Program-made: the position numbers and the translations under genes
Assembly (NCBI GenBank): GCA_951406725.2
Contig: OX597817.1
Coordinates: 159,154,001 to 159,218,000, forward strand
Source of the DNA: Octopus vulgaris
Lineage: Eukaryota
Direction of reading: 5' to 3'
DNA: 64,000 bases
The notes under the pieces: model-generated
What the model was told of the DNA's origin: nothing
Seen by the model: only the letters and a program-made list of their open reading frames with translations
The model's database searches: none
Shown: piece by piece, positions 25,667-52,169 of the stretch
Layout of the letters: each line of letters begins with the position of its first letter
Position numbering within the stretch: position 1 is the first letter of the stretch

Positions 25667-26622
25667 TGTCAAACATTTTCGAGTCGACATAAGAGGAGTT
25701 GGAAAGCTGGGAAGAAGAGAGAGTAATGAGCAATGGCAGAACCCAGCAATAAGAGTAACAGCTGCTTTCAGAGCTCCGCTGGTCACAGATCAAGGGATAG
25801 CTAAATATAAGAAATATTTTCGTCCCAATTGTACCACCACTCCATCTTCTTGAAACGATAGGAAGAAAAAGGAGACTGCAGAAGAAGGCAAGCTGCTTGT
25901 GAACAGCAGCGAAATGAGGGGGAAATAAATTAGAGCCCAAACAAGATCCAAAAAGAGAAACCTGTCTCAACCTGGTGGAGATTGTGATCTTTAATTCTTT
26001 AATCCTCCAGTGAAGAGCTGATGATCAGCTCAACCGATCAAAGGAAGATTAGGGAAGTGGTGTTCTGACTGAGAATGAGATGGTGCCAGATTTTCATAAA
26101 TGACAAAATACAGTGAATGGCTTTCTTGCGGGTTCGAATATGCCTCAAGCGTATTTAAACTGGTAGCATGTTTGTATAGCGCTGGTGAAAACCAGACTAA
26201 AAAGCTTATCGAAAAATTCGTAAGAACTACACTTAAAATATGACTGGATTCGAACCTAATCCCACACAGAGAATGCGTACGAGAACTTTCGAGAGTCACA
26301 GTTTTTGACAGCAAGAACAAAACAATATAAAAGCGGTGAGGTCGTTAGGTGCCTTTGAATCAACCGAGGAGGCGGTCTTTCATACATGTAGGAGTGGTTG
26401 CCTTTATTTGTATTTATATTCTTTTATATTTTTATATGTGTATACTTATCTATTATTTTGTGCAATTCATCTGTATTTATTTGTTTATTCTGAATATTTT
26501 AATGTTATAACACTTTTCCTCCATTCTCGGTTTTATGTGTATTCACCTTCATACGTCATATAACCTCCTCTCATAAATTATTGTTGCATGAGTGAATTAA
26601 CCAAATGAAGCATGGATTTGCA

Positions 26623-26722
26623 NNNNNNNNNNNNNNNNNNNNNNNNNNNNNNNNNNNNNNNNNNNNNNNNNNNNNNNNNNNNNNNNNNNNNNNNNNNNNN
26701 NNNNNNNNNNNNNNNNNNNNNN
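26623..26722. other. Assembly gap (100 N)
   Basis: Run of N. Confidence 1.
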
Positions 26723-40492
<13,770 letters not shown>

Positions 40493-41763
40493 GAACCTCT
40501 AGAGCGACAGACCAAACACTTTTTCTGGTATTTCTTCCGGCTCTCTACATTCTGAGTTCAAGTCCCGCTGAAGTCGACTTCACCTTTCAACCTTCTACTA
40601 TCGATAAAATAAAGAACTAGTCAAATGCTGTGGTCGATAGTATAGACTAACAGCTTTCCCTAAAACTGCTGGCCTTGTGCCAAAATTTGAAACAAGACTA
40701 TAAAGAACTACTTGTGGAAACATTCACAACCATCCGGGATGAAGGATTCCTCTTTCCAGCTAATGGCTTTAGAATATGCAGTATAGATGCAGATGGCCTT
40801 GGAAGCAAAGCCACATGCTCAACGACCTCATATATATCTAGTAACTTCAGGTCACTTGATATAGATATGGAGGCTAACGGCGAGAACAGAGATTCAAAGC
40901 CACGAGCCTACACACCCATCTTTGGCCGACACTAGGTGCACACAGCTTCAACTCAACCGGGATTGGGAGCAGGAATGATTTTGTTGTTTCGGTAGGATCT
41001 GGATCTCATGATATGGCTTATTTCCATGGATCAGAAGATAAGTTGGTGAGCCTGGATATGAACAGCGGTGAAGGGAATGTCTACAGACTAGTATCTATCC
41101 ACAATCCCAACAGGGTCGGGACAACTAGATTTCAGGCGTCCGGGGGATTTCTTCGGAGCATCCGGCTCATTAGCCTCAGGGGCCAATAGGAACGCTCTTA
41201 GATGCACGTTTGGATTGTATGGCGTTAGCTGATAGGAGAGGAAGCGCAAAGGCCTTACGAACTTGCTAAGACGTTTCCAACTGCCTGACAGGTACCGACT
41301 GAATTCCCTGAATGTACCAATGTGGACGTGAACAAAGCACATTGAGCAATCCAGATCGTATCTAGAGTATTCTGTGGGCCAGTGGGTAAGAATAGCGTAG
41401 GTCATCCAAATCTAACATCGTCATCTGTGCATAACACAAATTTGTGCGCAGGGATCCGATGACTAGTTACTGAACGCCATGCTTATAGAAACCAGATTAA
41501 CGAATCAGGTAGTGGGAGTTGACAGGTGCAGTCGTTAACAATAAATAGAGGTTCGCCCTGAAAAGGCAATCATAATAAAGTTGATAAGGTTTAGTAGGGT
41601 GACAGCGATAGGGAAAAGTAGATTCAAAAGAAACTTAGTTCGAAACTTAGGAAAGACAAGGCAAGTGAAATGTTCACGGCGAGACAAATTCTTCAACGCG
41701 AAGCACAAAAACTGCATTATCAGAGATTAGGTGCGTGTTCTAAAACACGAAGGAATGAAAACC

Positions 41764-41990
41764 TATTTCTTTATTACCCATAAGGGGCTAAACATAGAGG
41801 AGACAAACATGGACAGACATAGGTATTAAGTCGATTATATCGACCCCAGTGCTTAACTGGTACTTAATTTATCGACCCCGAAAGGATGAAAGGCAAAGTC
41901 GACCTCGGCGGAATTTGAACTCACAACGTAACGGCAGCCGAAATACCGCTAAGCATTTCGCCCGACGTGCTAACGATTCTGCTAGCTCAC
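41764..41990 (-). mobile_element. SINE family B monomer
   Basis: 16-bp TSD cgaaggaatgaaaacc (41748-41763 / 41991-42006). Confidence 0.9.
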
Positions 41991-42549
41991 CGAAGGAATG
42001 AAAACCGTTTGATGTTCCTGAGTAGCAGAGATTCAAGACACAGTCTCAATTCGGTCTCTGGCAAACCATTTTGGGTTCATGTTACTCGCTCTCGAATAGA
42101 TTTGTATGGCTTTTCAGCTGCATTTCGCTCGACTGTTCGAAACAAATGGTAGGTCAAAATGCAGGGTGAATTTCAATTCCTATCTCGACAACTTGTCGCG
42201 ATTCTCCGAAGGAAAGACCGGGTGTTGCGAAAAGACCATAACAACCGCAGAAATACAGGAACCGATGGTTGGCTGCACGATGTGTAAATCGCTTAGTTTG
42301 GATAGTCCTAGTTTTGGATCGTTGGCAGTCGTGAATAAACGTAGATCGTAGGGTGCTCACAACTTGCTGCCAGTCGGACAATGCTGTCGGTGGAAATCCC
42401 TATATTTGATTAGTACTTTATTCTACAACCCATAAGAATGGAAGGTAACGTTCATGACCCCAATGACGTTTATGTCTGATGGAACCATAATGTCTAAAAG
42501 CTGAGGGAGTGGGTTAGTCGATTACATTGACAAGGTGTGTGACCGGTGT

Positions 42550-42855
42550 TTTTTTTGTTTATTCCTTCTCGAGCCATGCCTGGCACATAAGGGCCGGTTT
42601 CCCCGGTTTCTTTGGCGTATAGGTTCCCCACCTGGACGGGACGCCGGTCCGTCGCAGGTGAGCTGCAAGATGCAGGAGGAAAAAGTGAGAGAAAGTTGTG
42701 GCGAAAGAGTCAGTTCACCATTACCTTCTGCCGGAGCCGCGTGGAGCCTAAGTGCTTTGCTCATAAACACACACATCGCCCGGTCTGAGATTCGAACCCG
42801 CGATCCCTCGACCGCGAGTCCGCTGCTCTAACCACTAGGTCATGTGCCTCCACAA
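42550..42855 (-). mobile_element. SINE with a family C-like head but a different 3' half
   Basis: tRNA head gtggaggcacatgacctagtggttagagc..ggttcgaatc; 14-bp TSD tgtgtgaccggtgt (42536-42549 / 42856-42869). Confidence 0.88.
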
Positions 42856-43161
42856 TGTGTGACCGGTGTCTTGTTTTATCACGCACAAGGCCTCAAATCT
42901 GGGTCAAAGAGTCGACTATATCGATCTCTGTACTTGACTGGGTCTTCTTTGATGAAATCCAGAAGAAAAGACAAAGCTAACTTCAGAGTGTAGAGCACAC
43001 AAAGGGACGCAACTAAACCCTCGCAGACAATAGATCTTTATTTTTATCATTTACTTGTTTCCGTCTTTGAACTACAGCCATACTGAGGGACCGCCTTGAA
43101 ATATTTAGTCGAACAATTCGCCCCCAGTATTTATTTTTTGAAGTCTAGTATTTGCTCTATC

Positions 43162-43583
43162 GGATCTTTTCGTTTTGAATGGCAGTTTTTTCTAGCGGTG
43201 TCATATAAAATTGTCACCCGTATTTATGACATTTCAATGTTTTAGGGTTAGGGTTAGGGTTAGTTAGGGTTAGGGTTAGGGGTGAGGGTGAGGGTATCTT
43301 TTTTTCTTCACAAATATAAATAAACACAATCTGTTTCTTAAACGAGGGACATAATCATACGGCACAGAATGTTTTTTAACTCAATGAACGTCATCGATTG
43401 GTTGAAATTGCAGAAATTGAAGAAAAAAAAAACAACAAATATCTTACAAACTATAGAATTTTCTCAATAAAGCCAAGAGAAAAAGATGTTTTATAAACAC
43501 ATTCTACCAGTATACGAAGTTTAAAATTTTTTTAGTTACCTAGAAATTATGTTAAAAAACTGCCGTTCAAACCGAAAAGATCC
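43162..43583. mobile_element. GGATC-ended non-autonomous TIR element (Merlin/MuDR-like) with internal (TTAGGG)n
   Basis: ~30-bp TIRs; perfect 8-bp TSD gctctatc (43154-43161 / 43584-43591); second copy at 59784-60194. Confidence 0.85.
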
Positions 43584-44349
43584 GCTCTATCAATACCAGC
43601 TCCTGCAGAGGAAAAAAAAACTGTACTGTACCCCGTTTCGCTATTCAGGTGCCGGATGGGATTCGAACACTTATTTTCCCAAGTAAACCATAAAAGTGTG
43701 TTGTTAAAACAATTACATCCCACGTCAACTCCGCTGCCCGTTCATTCATAATCTCTCCTGGAATCCGTTCTTGATATCACTGCTGTTGCTGCCTTGTGCT
43801 TCAGTTGTTGTTGCTATGTTTTTTGTATTGGCAGTAGTAGGAGTTGTTATTGTCGTTGTTGTTGTTGTAGCTGCTGTAGTGGCCATTCATTCGTTCAGCC
43901 ATTCATTCATCTCATTCGAAATCTGTTGTTGACGTTGTTATTGCTGTTGTTTTATCATATTATATTCCTTCACTCAAACTAAACCTGCTTTCTAAAGCCG
44001 GCTTTGTTGCTGGAAAAGTGTGTTGGTGTTTTAGTGCGTGTGAGTCTGTCATGTGAGTGGAGAGTGTTTGTATGCACTTTTAAATATGTATGGATTTATA
44101 CATGTATGTGTGTGCGTGCGTGTAGCTATATGTATATGTGTGTGTGAGTTTGTGTGTTTGTACATGTGGGAGTGTTTGTATGTCTATAACATGCGTAACT
44201 AAATGTGGGTGTGTGTACACATATACTTACGCGCGCGTAAACAGAAATACACACCTACACATGTCCATTCAAATTTACACACATATGACGCACTTATACA
44301 TACATTACATACAAACACATATACGTACAACAGATACATACGTACATGC

Positions 44350-44885
44350 TAGCCTGCCTGCCTACCTAAGTTTCTACCAAGCTACTTACCCACCTACCTA
44401 CATACCTGCCTACCTACCTGCCTACCTACCTGCCTACCTACCTATCGACCTACCTACTTACCTACCTACCTACCTGCCTACCTACCTACCTACCTGCCTA
44501 CCTACCTACCTACCTACCTACCGACCTACCGACCTACCTATCTACCTACCTACCTACCTACCTACCTACCTACCTACATACCTATCTACCTACATACCTA
44601 TCTACCTACATACATACCTATCTACCTACCTGCCAACCTACCTACCTATCAACCTACCTACCTATCTACCTACCTACCTACCTACCTACCTACCTACCTA
44701 CCTACCTATCAACCTACCTACCTACCTACCTACCTACCTACCTACCTACCTACCTACCTACCTACCTACCTACCTACCTACCTACCTACCTACCTACCTA
44801 CCTACCTACCTACCTACCTACCTACCTACCTGCCGACCTACCTACGTACCTACCTACCAACATACATATTTGCCTACCTACCTAC
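44350..44885. repeat. (CCTA)n microsatellite
   Basis: Direct repeat. Confidence 0.92.
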
Positions 44886-45025
44886 GACCGAAAAAAAAAG
44901 TCAAAATTTTTGACTCGAAAAAAGACAACTTGGATAAAAAAAAGAATTTGCAGAAAAAATGTCACATTTTATCTAATTGTTGTTAATAAAATTAACAGCA
45001 ATTAAACAATATTTTAAGATTCTAA

Positions 45026-45590
45026 GGCGGGCGAGCTGGCAGAAACGTTAGCGCGCCGGGCAAAATGCTTAGCAGTATTTCGCCTGCCGCTACGTTCTGA
45101 GTTCAAATTCCACCGAGGTCGACTTTGCCTTTCATCCTTTCAGGGTCGATTAAATAAGTACCAGTTACGCACAGGGGTCGATATAATCGACTTAATCCGT
45201 TTGTCCCCTCTATGCTGAGCCCATTGTGAGTTGTAAAGAAATAGGTATTTCGTCTGCTGTTACGTTCTGAGTTCAAATTCCGCCGGGGTCGACTTTGCCT
45301 TTCATCCTTTCGGGGTCGATTAAATAAATGCCAGTTACGCACTGGGGTCGATATAATCGACTTAATTCGTTTGCCTGTCCTTGTTTGTCCCCTCTGTGTT
45401 TAGCCCCTTGTGGGTAGTAAAGAAATAGGCATTTCGTCTGTCTTTGCGTTCTGAGTTCAAGTTACACCGAGGTTGACTTTTCCTATCATCCTTTCGGGGT
45501 CGATAAATTAAGTACCATTTGCGTACCGAGTCGATCTAATCAACTGGCTCCCTCTCCAAAATTTCGGGATTTGTGCCTAGAATAGAAAAG
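45026..45590 (+). mobile_element. SINE family B chimeric trimer
   Basis: Three units, the last with the alternative tail; flanked by aatattttaag(a/t)ttct at 45008 and 45591. Confidence 0.85.
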
Positions 45591-45654
45591 AATATTTTAA
45601 GTTTCTTAGTTACACAATTTCACAACTTATATAATGATTTAAGACGTATACTCT

Positions 45655-45865
45655 TTTTTTACTCTTTTTCCTTGTTTCAGTCACGTGACTGTGACCATGC
45701 TGGAGCACCGCCTTTACTCGAGCAAATCGACCCCAGGACTCATTCTTTGTAAGCGTAGTACTTATTCCATCGGTCTCTTTTGCCGAACCGCTAAGTTACA
45801 GGGACGTAAACACACCAGCATCGGTTGTCAAGCGATGTTGTGGGGACAAACACAGACACACAAAC

Positions 45866-45902
<37 letters not shown>

Positions 45903-46066
45903 CGACGGGCTTCTTTCAGTTTCCGTCTACCAAATCCACTCACAAGACTTTGGTTGGCCCGAGGCTATTGTAAAAGGCTCTTGCCCAAGGTGCCACGTAG
46001 TGGGACTGAACCCGGAACCATGTGGTTCGTAAGCAAGCTACTTACCACAAACAGCCACTCCTACGC
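45655..46066 (-). mobile_element. SINE family A
   Basis: Match to the family consensus. Confidence 0.85.
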
Positions 46067-46183
46067 CTTTCAAGTTTCATTGAAATTTTTCTCTGACTTT
46101 TTCCCTGTGATTCTTTCTGTAACTTCCCGGGTTCATTGATACATTAAAATTAACCAACTCCTCCAAACATGATCACTTGCATA

Positions 46184-46400
46184 CTGGAGGGTGCTGAAAA
46201 GTTCCTGGCTTTAAGGGTGTCGTGAAAGGCCAGTTTGGAGGCCCAGCCGTCTGAGTTCTTCCACAGGGCTTAGAAAAACTGAAGGACCGCTGCAATAAGT
46301 ACTTGAACCTGAGAGGAGAATATGTCGGATAAAATCATAATTAACTCATCCTCCTATATTTTCTTTTACCAAAGCCAGGAACTTTTCAGCAACCCCCTCT
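46184..46400 (+). mobile_element. Mariner MITE retaining the transposase C-terminus
   Basis: TIRs gggtgctgaaaagttcctggcttt / aaagccaggaacttttcagcaaccc; 46267-46332 encodes GLEKLKDRCNKYLNLRGEYVG*. Confidence 0.8.
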
Positions 46401-47929
46401 TATATCTTCAGCGCAAACACACAAACAGAATCAGCGAACGCAAGGAAAAGACGAAGTGGAGAAGCAACAGAGAGAGAGCATCTAATTCTTTGTAGTTACT
46501 CGACTTGCTATAAAATAGCTAAATCTCCGTCGAATCATACTGTATTAAAATAAAATAAAAAAAGGGAAGGACACATAAGTTAATCTAATTTGAATGTTGG
46601 AAAGAAGTGGAATTGTAGCGGTTGGAACGTCTTTGATGATAAATCTGCTTGGAGAGGACTGACTTAAGGCGAAAGCTAATAAAACATCAACGAGAATGAG
46701 ATGGAGGAAGATGGGGTAGATCATCCATTGATATAACGAGAAGGATGATTGTAAAAAAAAAAATGATTGAGAAATCTATAAATAGGACATGAAAACAAAG
46801 TGTGAAAGGGAAAATGTAGGAGGCGAACTATTTCACTTAAACAGAAGGGGGAAACAGTGATAGGGTGAGAGGTAGAGAGAGAGAGAGAGAAAAGTGTTCG
46901 AGGATAGCCATTAATCAAATCGAAAGACATACAGAAAACGTGAGAGAGTGGAGTGAAGAAAGGAAGGAAGAGTAAGACATCTTATAATAAAATAAGGTAA
47001 AGGAAAGAAATCCATTAAAAAAGGGCAGTGAATCATTAATAGAGTGAAAGAAAGAGTACGAGAAATGTAGAAAGGAACGTGAAAGGAAGTGTGTAAAGGA
47101 GATTCGATAACAGAGATGGAGTGAGAAAGAGAGAGTGTGTGTGTGTGTGTTAAAGATTCATTGAAAGAACAAGAGTCTGCACAACTGTGATTCATTAATA
47201 GAATGATAGAGAGAAAGATTGTAAGAGATCTATTAAAAGAACGAGAAGGAAAAGGTGATAAAGATTCGTTGATAGATTGAGAGACAGAATGTGCGTGTGT
47301 GTGTGTGAAAGAGTGATTCATTAAGAGGATGAGGGAAAGAGTGAAGGAGATCTGAGAAAGAAAGAAAGAGAGATTCATATATGGAATGAGTGAGAAGGGA
47401 AGAGTGCAAGATCCGAAAAAGAAAGGTGAGAGATTCAGTAATAGATAGATAGAGAGAGAGAGTGTGTGTGTGTGTGTGTGTATGTTTGTGTGTGTGAAAG
47501 AATGAGTGATTAAGAGAATGAGGGAAAGACCCCCACTAGAGGCACAAGAAAGAAAGAGTAGAAAATGTGTGGAGGAGAGAGAGAGAGAGAGAAATTTAGA
47601 AATAGAGCGGATGCATAGACAAATAGCAGCACAAAATAATTAGGGATCAAATGAAAAGCGAGAGGAAGAGGGAGAGAAACAGAGAGATGGAAAGGGAGAG
47701 AGTATGGAGAGAGTATGTGTGTGCGTGTGTGTGACAAAATGATAGAAGGAGTGGGGTCAGATAGAATGTTGAGTGACAGATAGAGAAAAAGAGAACGTGT
47801 AAAAGAGGAGATGACAGAGGCTGCCATTGTAAAAGGGCTTCTTCTTTCCAAAAGGAGAAGTTTTATAACTCCGATTGTTCATACATACACGTTCGTTCAT
47901 CAATCGTATAGGTGGCCGTTCATTGAAAA

Positions 47930-48029
47930 GGCAGACGAGAAGGAGGAGGAGATGGCGGACGAGAAGGAGGAGGAGATGGCGGACGAGAAGGAGGAGGAGA
48001 TGGCGGACGAGAAGGTGGAGGAGATGGCG
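47930..48029. repeat. 24-bp minisatellite x4
   Basis: Unit ggcggacgagaaggaggaggagat. Confidence 0.9.
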
Positions 48030-48209
48030 TTCGTGTCGAAGTGAAGGGATTTTGGAAGTGACAAATGGCGGATGCGAGGTTAGGGTTAGGGGGAGAGAGA
48101 GAGAGAGAGAGGATGAGACGAGGTCAGTGGAAGGTTAGAGGTACAAATCGTTATATTTAGATTCCCACAAATCTCACCGACACTCCTCGAGGTACAACGG
48201 GGGTGGTCG

Positions 48210-48669
48210 TGCTAATTATGGTGGTGGTGGTGGTGGTGGTGGCAATGGTTGTATAGGTTCTGATGGTGGTGGTGGTGGTGAAAGGGACGGTGGTTAATAA
48301 CTGTGGCGATGGTGATGTCGGTGGTAGTCGTAGTAAAAGAGGTGATGGTCGTGATTGCGCGGGGTGACGGTAGTGGTGAAGCCCATATTACTGTGGTGGT
48401 GGTAGTGGTGGTGGTACTAGTTGTAGTGACATGGTAAAGTAACGACGGTGATGATGATGATGATGATGGCTGTAGCGAATGAGATGATGGTGGTGGTGGT
48501 GATGGTGGTGGTGGTGGTGGTGGTGGTAGTGGTGGTGGTGGTGGTGGTGGTGGTGATGGTGGTGGTAGTGGTCGTGGTGGTGATGGTGATGGTGATAGTG
48601 GTGGTAGTGGTAGTGGTGGTGATGGTCGTGGTCGTGGTCGTCGAAATGGTGGTCTTGGTGGTGGTGACG

Positions 48670-48704
<35 letters not shown>

Positions 48705-48900
48705 GTAGCCACGGTGAAATAGGTGCTGATGGTGGTGACGGTGATGGTGGTAGTGATGACGGTGGTAGAGAGTGGTGACAGTTGTGGATGGTGGTGGTGG
48801 TGGTGGTGATGGGTACGAGGTCCAGATTACTACGGTTGGTTGTAGTAGTTGACATGGTGATGATGGCGCTGGTGGTGGTGGTGGTGGTGGTGACAGTAGT
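48210..48900. repeat. (GGT)/(GAT)n low-complexity tract
   Basis: Base composition. Confidence 0.9.
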
Positions 48901-49588
48901 CACAGCTGCGACGAGTGAGGTGAAGACTTGCTTCGCTTAAAACTATTTCATTCATTTTCTTACACATTTGCACTTCATGTTTGCTATTTCTGAAACTTTT
49001 TGTTGCTTTGTTTTTAGATTGTTTTCGACGGTAGTGGTGGTGTTGAGGGGAGACAGACATTCTAGTTTTGTCCGCTGGTCGAGACGGCTCTCTCTCTCCC
49101 TGCCTCCGTTTCTCTCATTCATTCGCTCTCTCTCATTCATTCGCTCTCCCCTCATTCACAGATACATATTTCGAGAAAGCAAGAGAAAGAGAGAGAGAGA
49201 GAGAGAGGTGGGGGGAATGCACATTATGTATGACACATAACATGAATGACAAAGCAAGAAATACATAAATATGCGTGGCTTTATCTTGTAGTCAGGAGAG
49301 TAAAATATTGTGATTGATACAGACTTAACGAGAGGACGAGACAACCTAGAAAGAAAAGTCACGGAGAGAGAGAGGTACGAGGGGAGGAGGGTCAAACGGT
49401 AGCGAAAGAGGAAGAGAATAAAAAGAAAAAGAGAGGAATGATACAGGAACACAGTGAATACTTCATATCAATATGATTGAGGAGAATATCTCAAGGGGGC
49501 GCTCTATATACGAAATACGAACATTGCATGGTCTCATGTCCCATATTTTTTTCTCTCCTTGTTTCTCTCCGTGTTTCTTTTCTGTGTA

Positions 49589-49626
49589 TCTTTCTGTTGA
49601 AGAGCGTAGGCACGAAACGTAAAAGA
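49589..49626 (+). ncRNA. Minimal type I hammerhead-like motif (core variant CUGUUGA)
   Basis: TCTTT-CTGTTGA-A-GAGC-GTAG-GCAC-GAAAC-GTA-AAAGA, inside a ~220-bp element that ends at (TA)n. Confidence 0.55.
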
Positions 49627-49722
49627 CTTGTTTTATTTATATTCCTGAGCGCCATACTAATACAATTGTTTGGTTGTACTCCACCTGCCTTCGTCTTTTG
49701 TTTATTTTCATAAAGCTTCCCG

Positions 49723-49801
<79 letters not shown>

Positions 49802-49893
49802 ATCCAAACAAGAAAACACAAAAAAACACAACGCGAGGATGTGGAACAAATATAGTGTTATTAGACGCTCAGGAAAGAAGGGAAGAAGGAGGG

Positions 49894-49926
49894 TTTAACG
49901 TTTCGAGCGGAGCTCTTCGTCGGAAA
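49894..49926 (-). ncRNA. Minimal type I hammerhead-like motif (core variant CCGACGA)
   Basis: Minus strand TTT-CCGACGA-A-GAGC-TCC-GCTC-GAAACGTT-AAA, with palindromic stem III AACGTT; in a TA-flanked element at 49796-49993. Confidence 0.55.
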
Positions 49927-50022
49927 TATAGAAGGAAAGATCCCGAGAAGGGAAGACAGAGGGAAAAAATCGCCAACGGTACACACGAGGTCATATATAT
50001 ATATATAGTTAATCCAAACAAG

Positions 50023-50094
<72 letters not shown>

Positions 50095-50096
<2 letters not shown>

Positions 50097-50208
50097 CGCA
50101 GGAGTGGCTGTGTGGTAAGTAGCTTGCTAACCAACCACATGGTTCCGGTTCAGTCCCACTGCGTGGCATCTCTGCTATAGCCTCGGGCTGACCAATGTGA
50201 GTGGATTT

Positions 50209-50284
<76 letters not shown>

Positions 50285-50485
50285 TGTGTTTGTCCCCCTA
50301 GCATTGCTTGACAACCGATGCTGGTGTGTTTGCGTCCCCGTCACTTAGCGGTTCGGCAAAAGAGACCGATAGAATAAGTACTGGGCTTACAAAGAATAAG
50401 TCCCGGGGTCGATTTGCTCGACTAAAAGGTGGTGCTCCAGCATGGCCGCAGTCAAATGACTGAAACAAGTAAAAGAGTAAAAAGA

Positions 50486-50487
<2 letters not shown>
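50095..50487 (+). mobile_element. SINE family A
   Basis: Match to the family consensus; sits within (TA)n. Confidence 0.85.
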
Positions 50488-50523
<36 letters not shown>

Positions 50524-50541
50524 TCTTTTTACTCTTTTACT

Positions 50542-50573
<32 letters not shown>

Positions 50574-50721
50574 GAATGGATAGATAGATAGATGATAGAA
50601 AATGAAATGAACAATATTCTTTATTTAAAACTGCAATCGTTTCAACACATTTTTTACACCTGTAGTACATTGGATGAGATGCTGTGTAATCTTTATCATA
50701 CATCCAAAGTGTAAGGCGCAC

Positions 50722-50819
<98 letters not shown>

Positions 50820-50829
50820 TAGATATATA

Positions 50830-51022
50830 GGCGCAGGAGTGGCTGTGTGGTAAGTAGCTTGCTAACCAACCACATGGTTCCGGTTTCAGTCCCACTGCGT
50901 GGCATCTTGGGCAAGTGTCTTCTGCTATAGTCCCGGGCCGACCAATGCCTTGTGAGTAGATTTGGTAGACGAAAACTGAAAGAAGCCTGTTGTACGTATG
51001 TATGTATGTATATACATATACG

Positions 51023-51075
<53 letters not shown>

Positions 51076-51246
51076 TTGTGTTTGTCCCCCTAGCATTGCT
51101 TGACAACCGATGCTGGTGTGTTTACGTCCCCGTCACTTAGTGGTTCGGCAAAAGAGATCGATACAATAAGTCCCAGGGTCGATTTGCTCGACTAAAGGCG
51201 GTGCTCCAGCATGGCCACAGTCAAATGACTGAAACAAGTAAAAGAG

Positions 51247-51248
<2 letters not shown>
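50830..51248 (+). mobile_element. SINE family A
   Basis: Match to the family consensus. Confidence 0.85.
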
Positions 51249-51302
<54 letters not shown>

Positions 51303-51770
51303 CGTGCGTGTGTCTGTGTGTGGAAAAACTTCGATGAACGGAAAAGTTCCCAGACAATAGACACACCTCTAGAGGTGTTTAAAATCTGAAAGCAATAAAC
51401 AAGACAAAAACTAAAAGATAAGACTAAAGGGAAGAAGAGTAACAACGCATTTCATTCATCGTCAGTAAAATTCCAACATGACCAATCAGCTGACATGTTC
51501 TAGAGGCCACTGGTTCCCATCCGGGGTCCATATGATCTCTGGGGCTCCATGTAAGAATTTTGGGGTTACCATAAGCACAATAATAAACTGGGGATCCACA
51601 GTTATATTTTAAGTGGACATGAAAAAAGTTTTGTTTTAAACGTATTTTAAACAATAAACAAATGAGATAAAACCGAAAGGCAGAAGAGTTAAGAAAGTAT
51701 TTCATTCATAGCGAGAAAAATATGAAAATTGTCATGAGAAGCATAAATTGGAAAGGAATTTTATCTTTTA

Positions 51771-52169
51771 CTAGCAGTATCGCCCGGCGTTGCTCGGGTT
51801 TGTAAGGGAAATAACAATATAAGCATTTTTAGAGAGTTATAGCAAAAAAATAGCAAAAAATGCATTAAAAATGGAAAAAAAATGACGGTAAATTTTTTTT
51901 TAAATCGTTGACTCATCGTAGACATTTTTAGAGAGTTACTTCCCTCATTTTAATAGCGAAAAAAATGCATTAAAATGGAAAAAAATGATGGTAAATTTTT
52001 TTTTAAATCGTAGACTCATCGTAGACGCGCGCTAATACCCAGAAGGGCTCGATATGAATGACGACTATAAGATACCCGGTTTTGGTTACACTGCACCGCA
52101 AAATGTGGGAGTAGTTAGGAATCTAAATCGTAGGAGACAGACACACAACTTGACTTTTATATATAAAGA
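51771..52169 (-). mobile_element. Non-autonomous Helitron
   Basis: Minus strand A|TC...CCCGAGCAACGCCGGG hairpin...CTAG|T; no TSD. Confidence 0.8.

Noticed and set aside
26010-26035. CTGATGA motif
   Set aside because: No correctly placed GAAA or stems; not a hammerhead.
51439-51470. Minus-strand CTGACGA..GAAA hammerhead-like core
   Set aside because: Stems I and II do not pair convincingly; at best a decayed relic.
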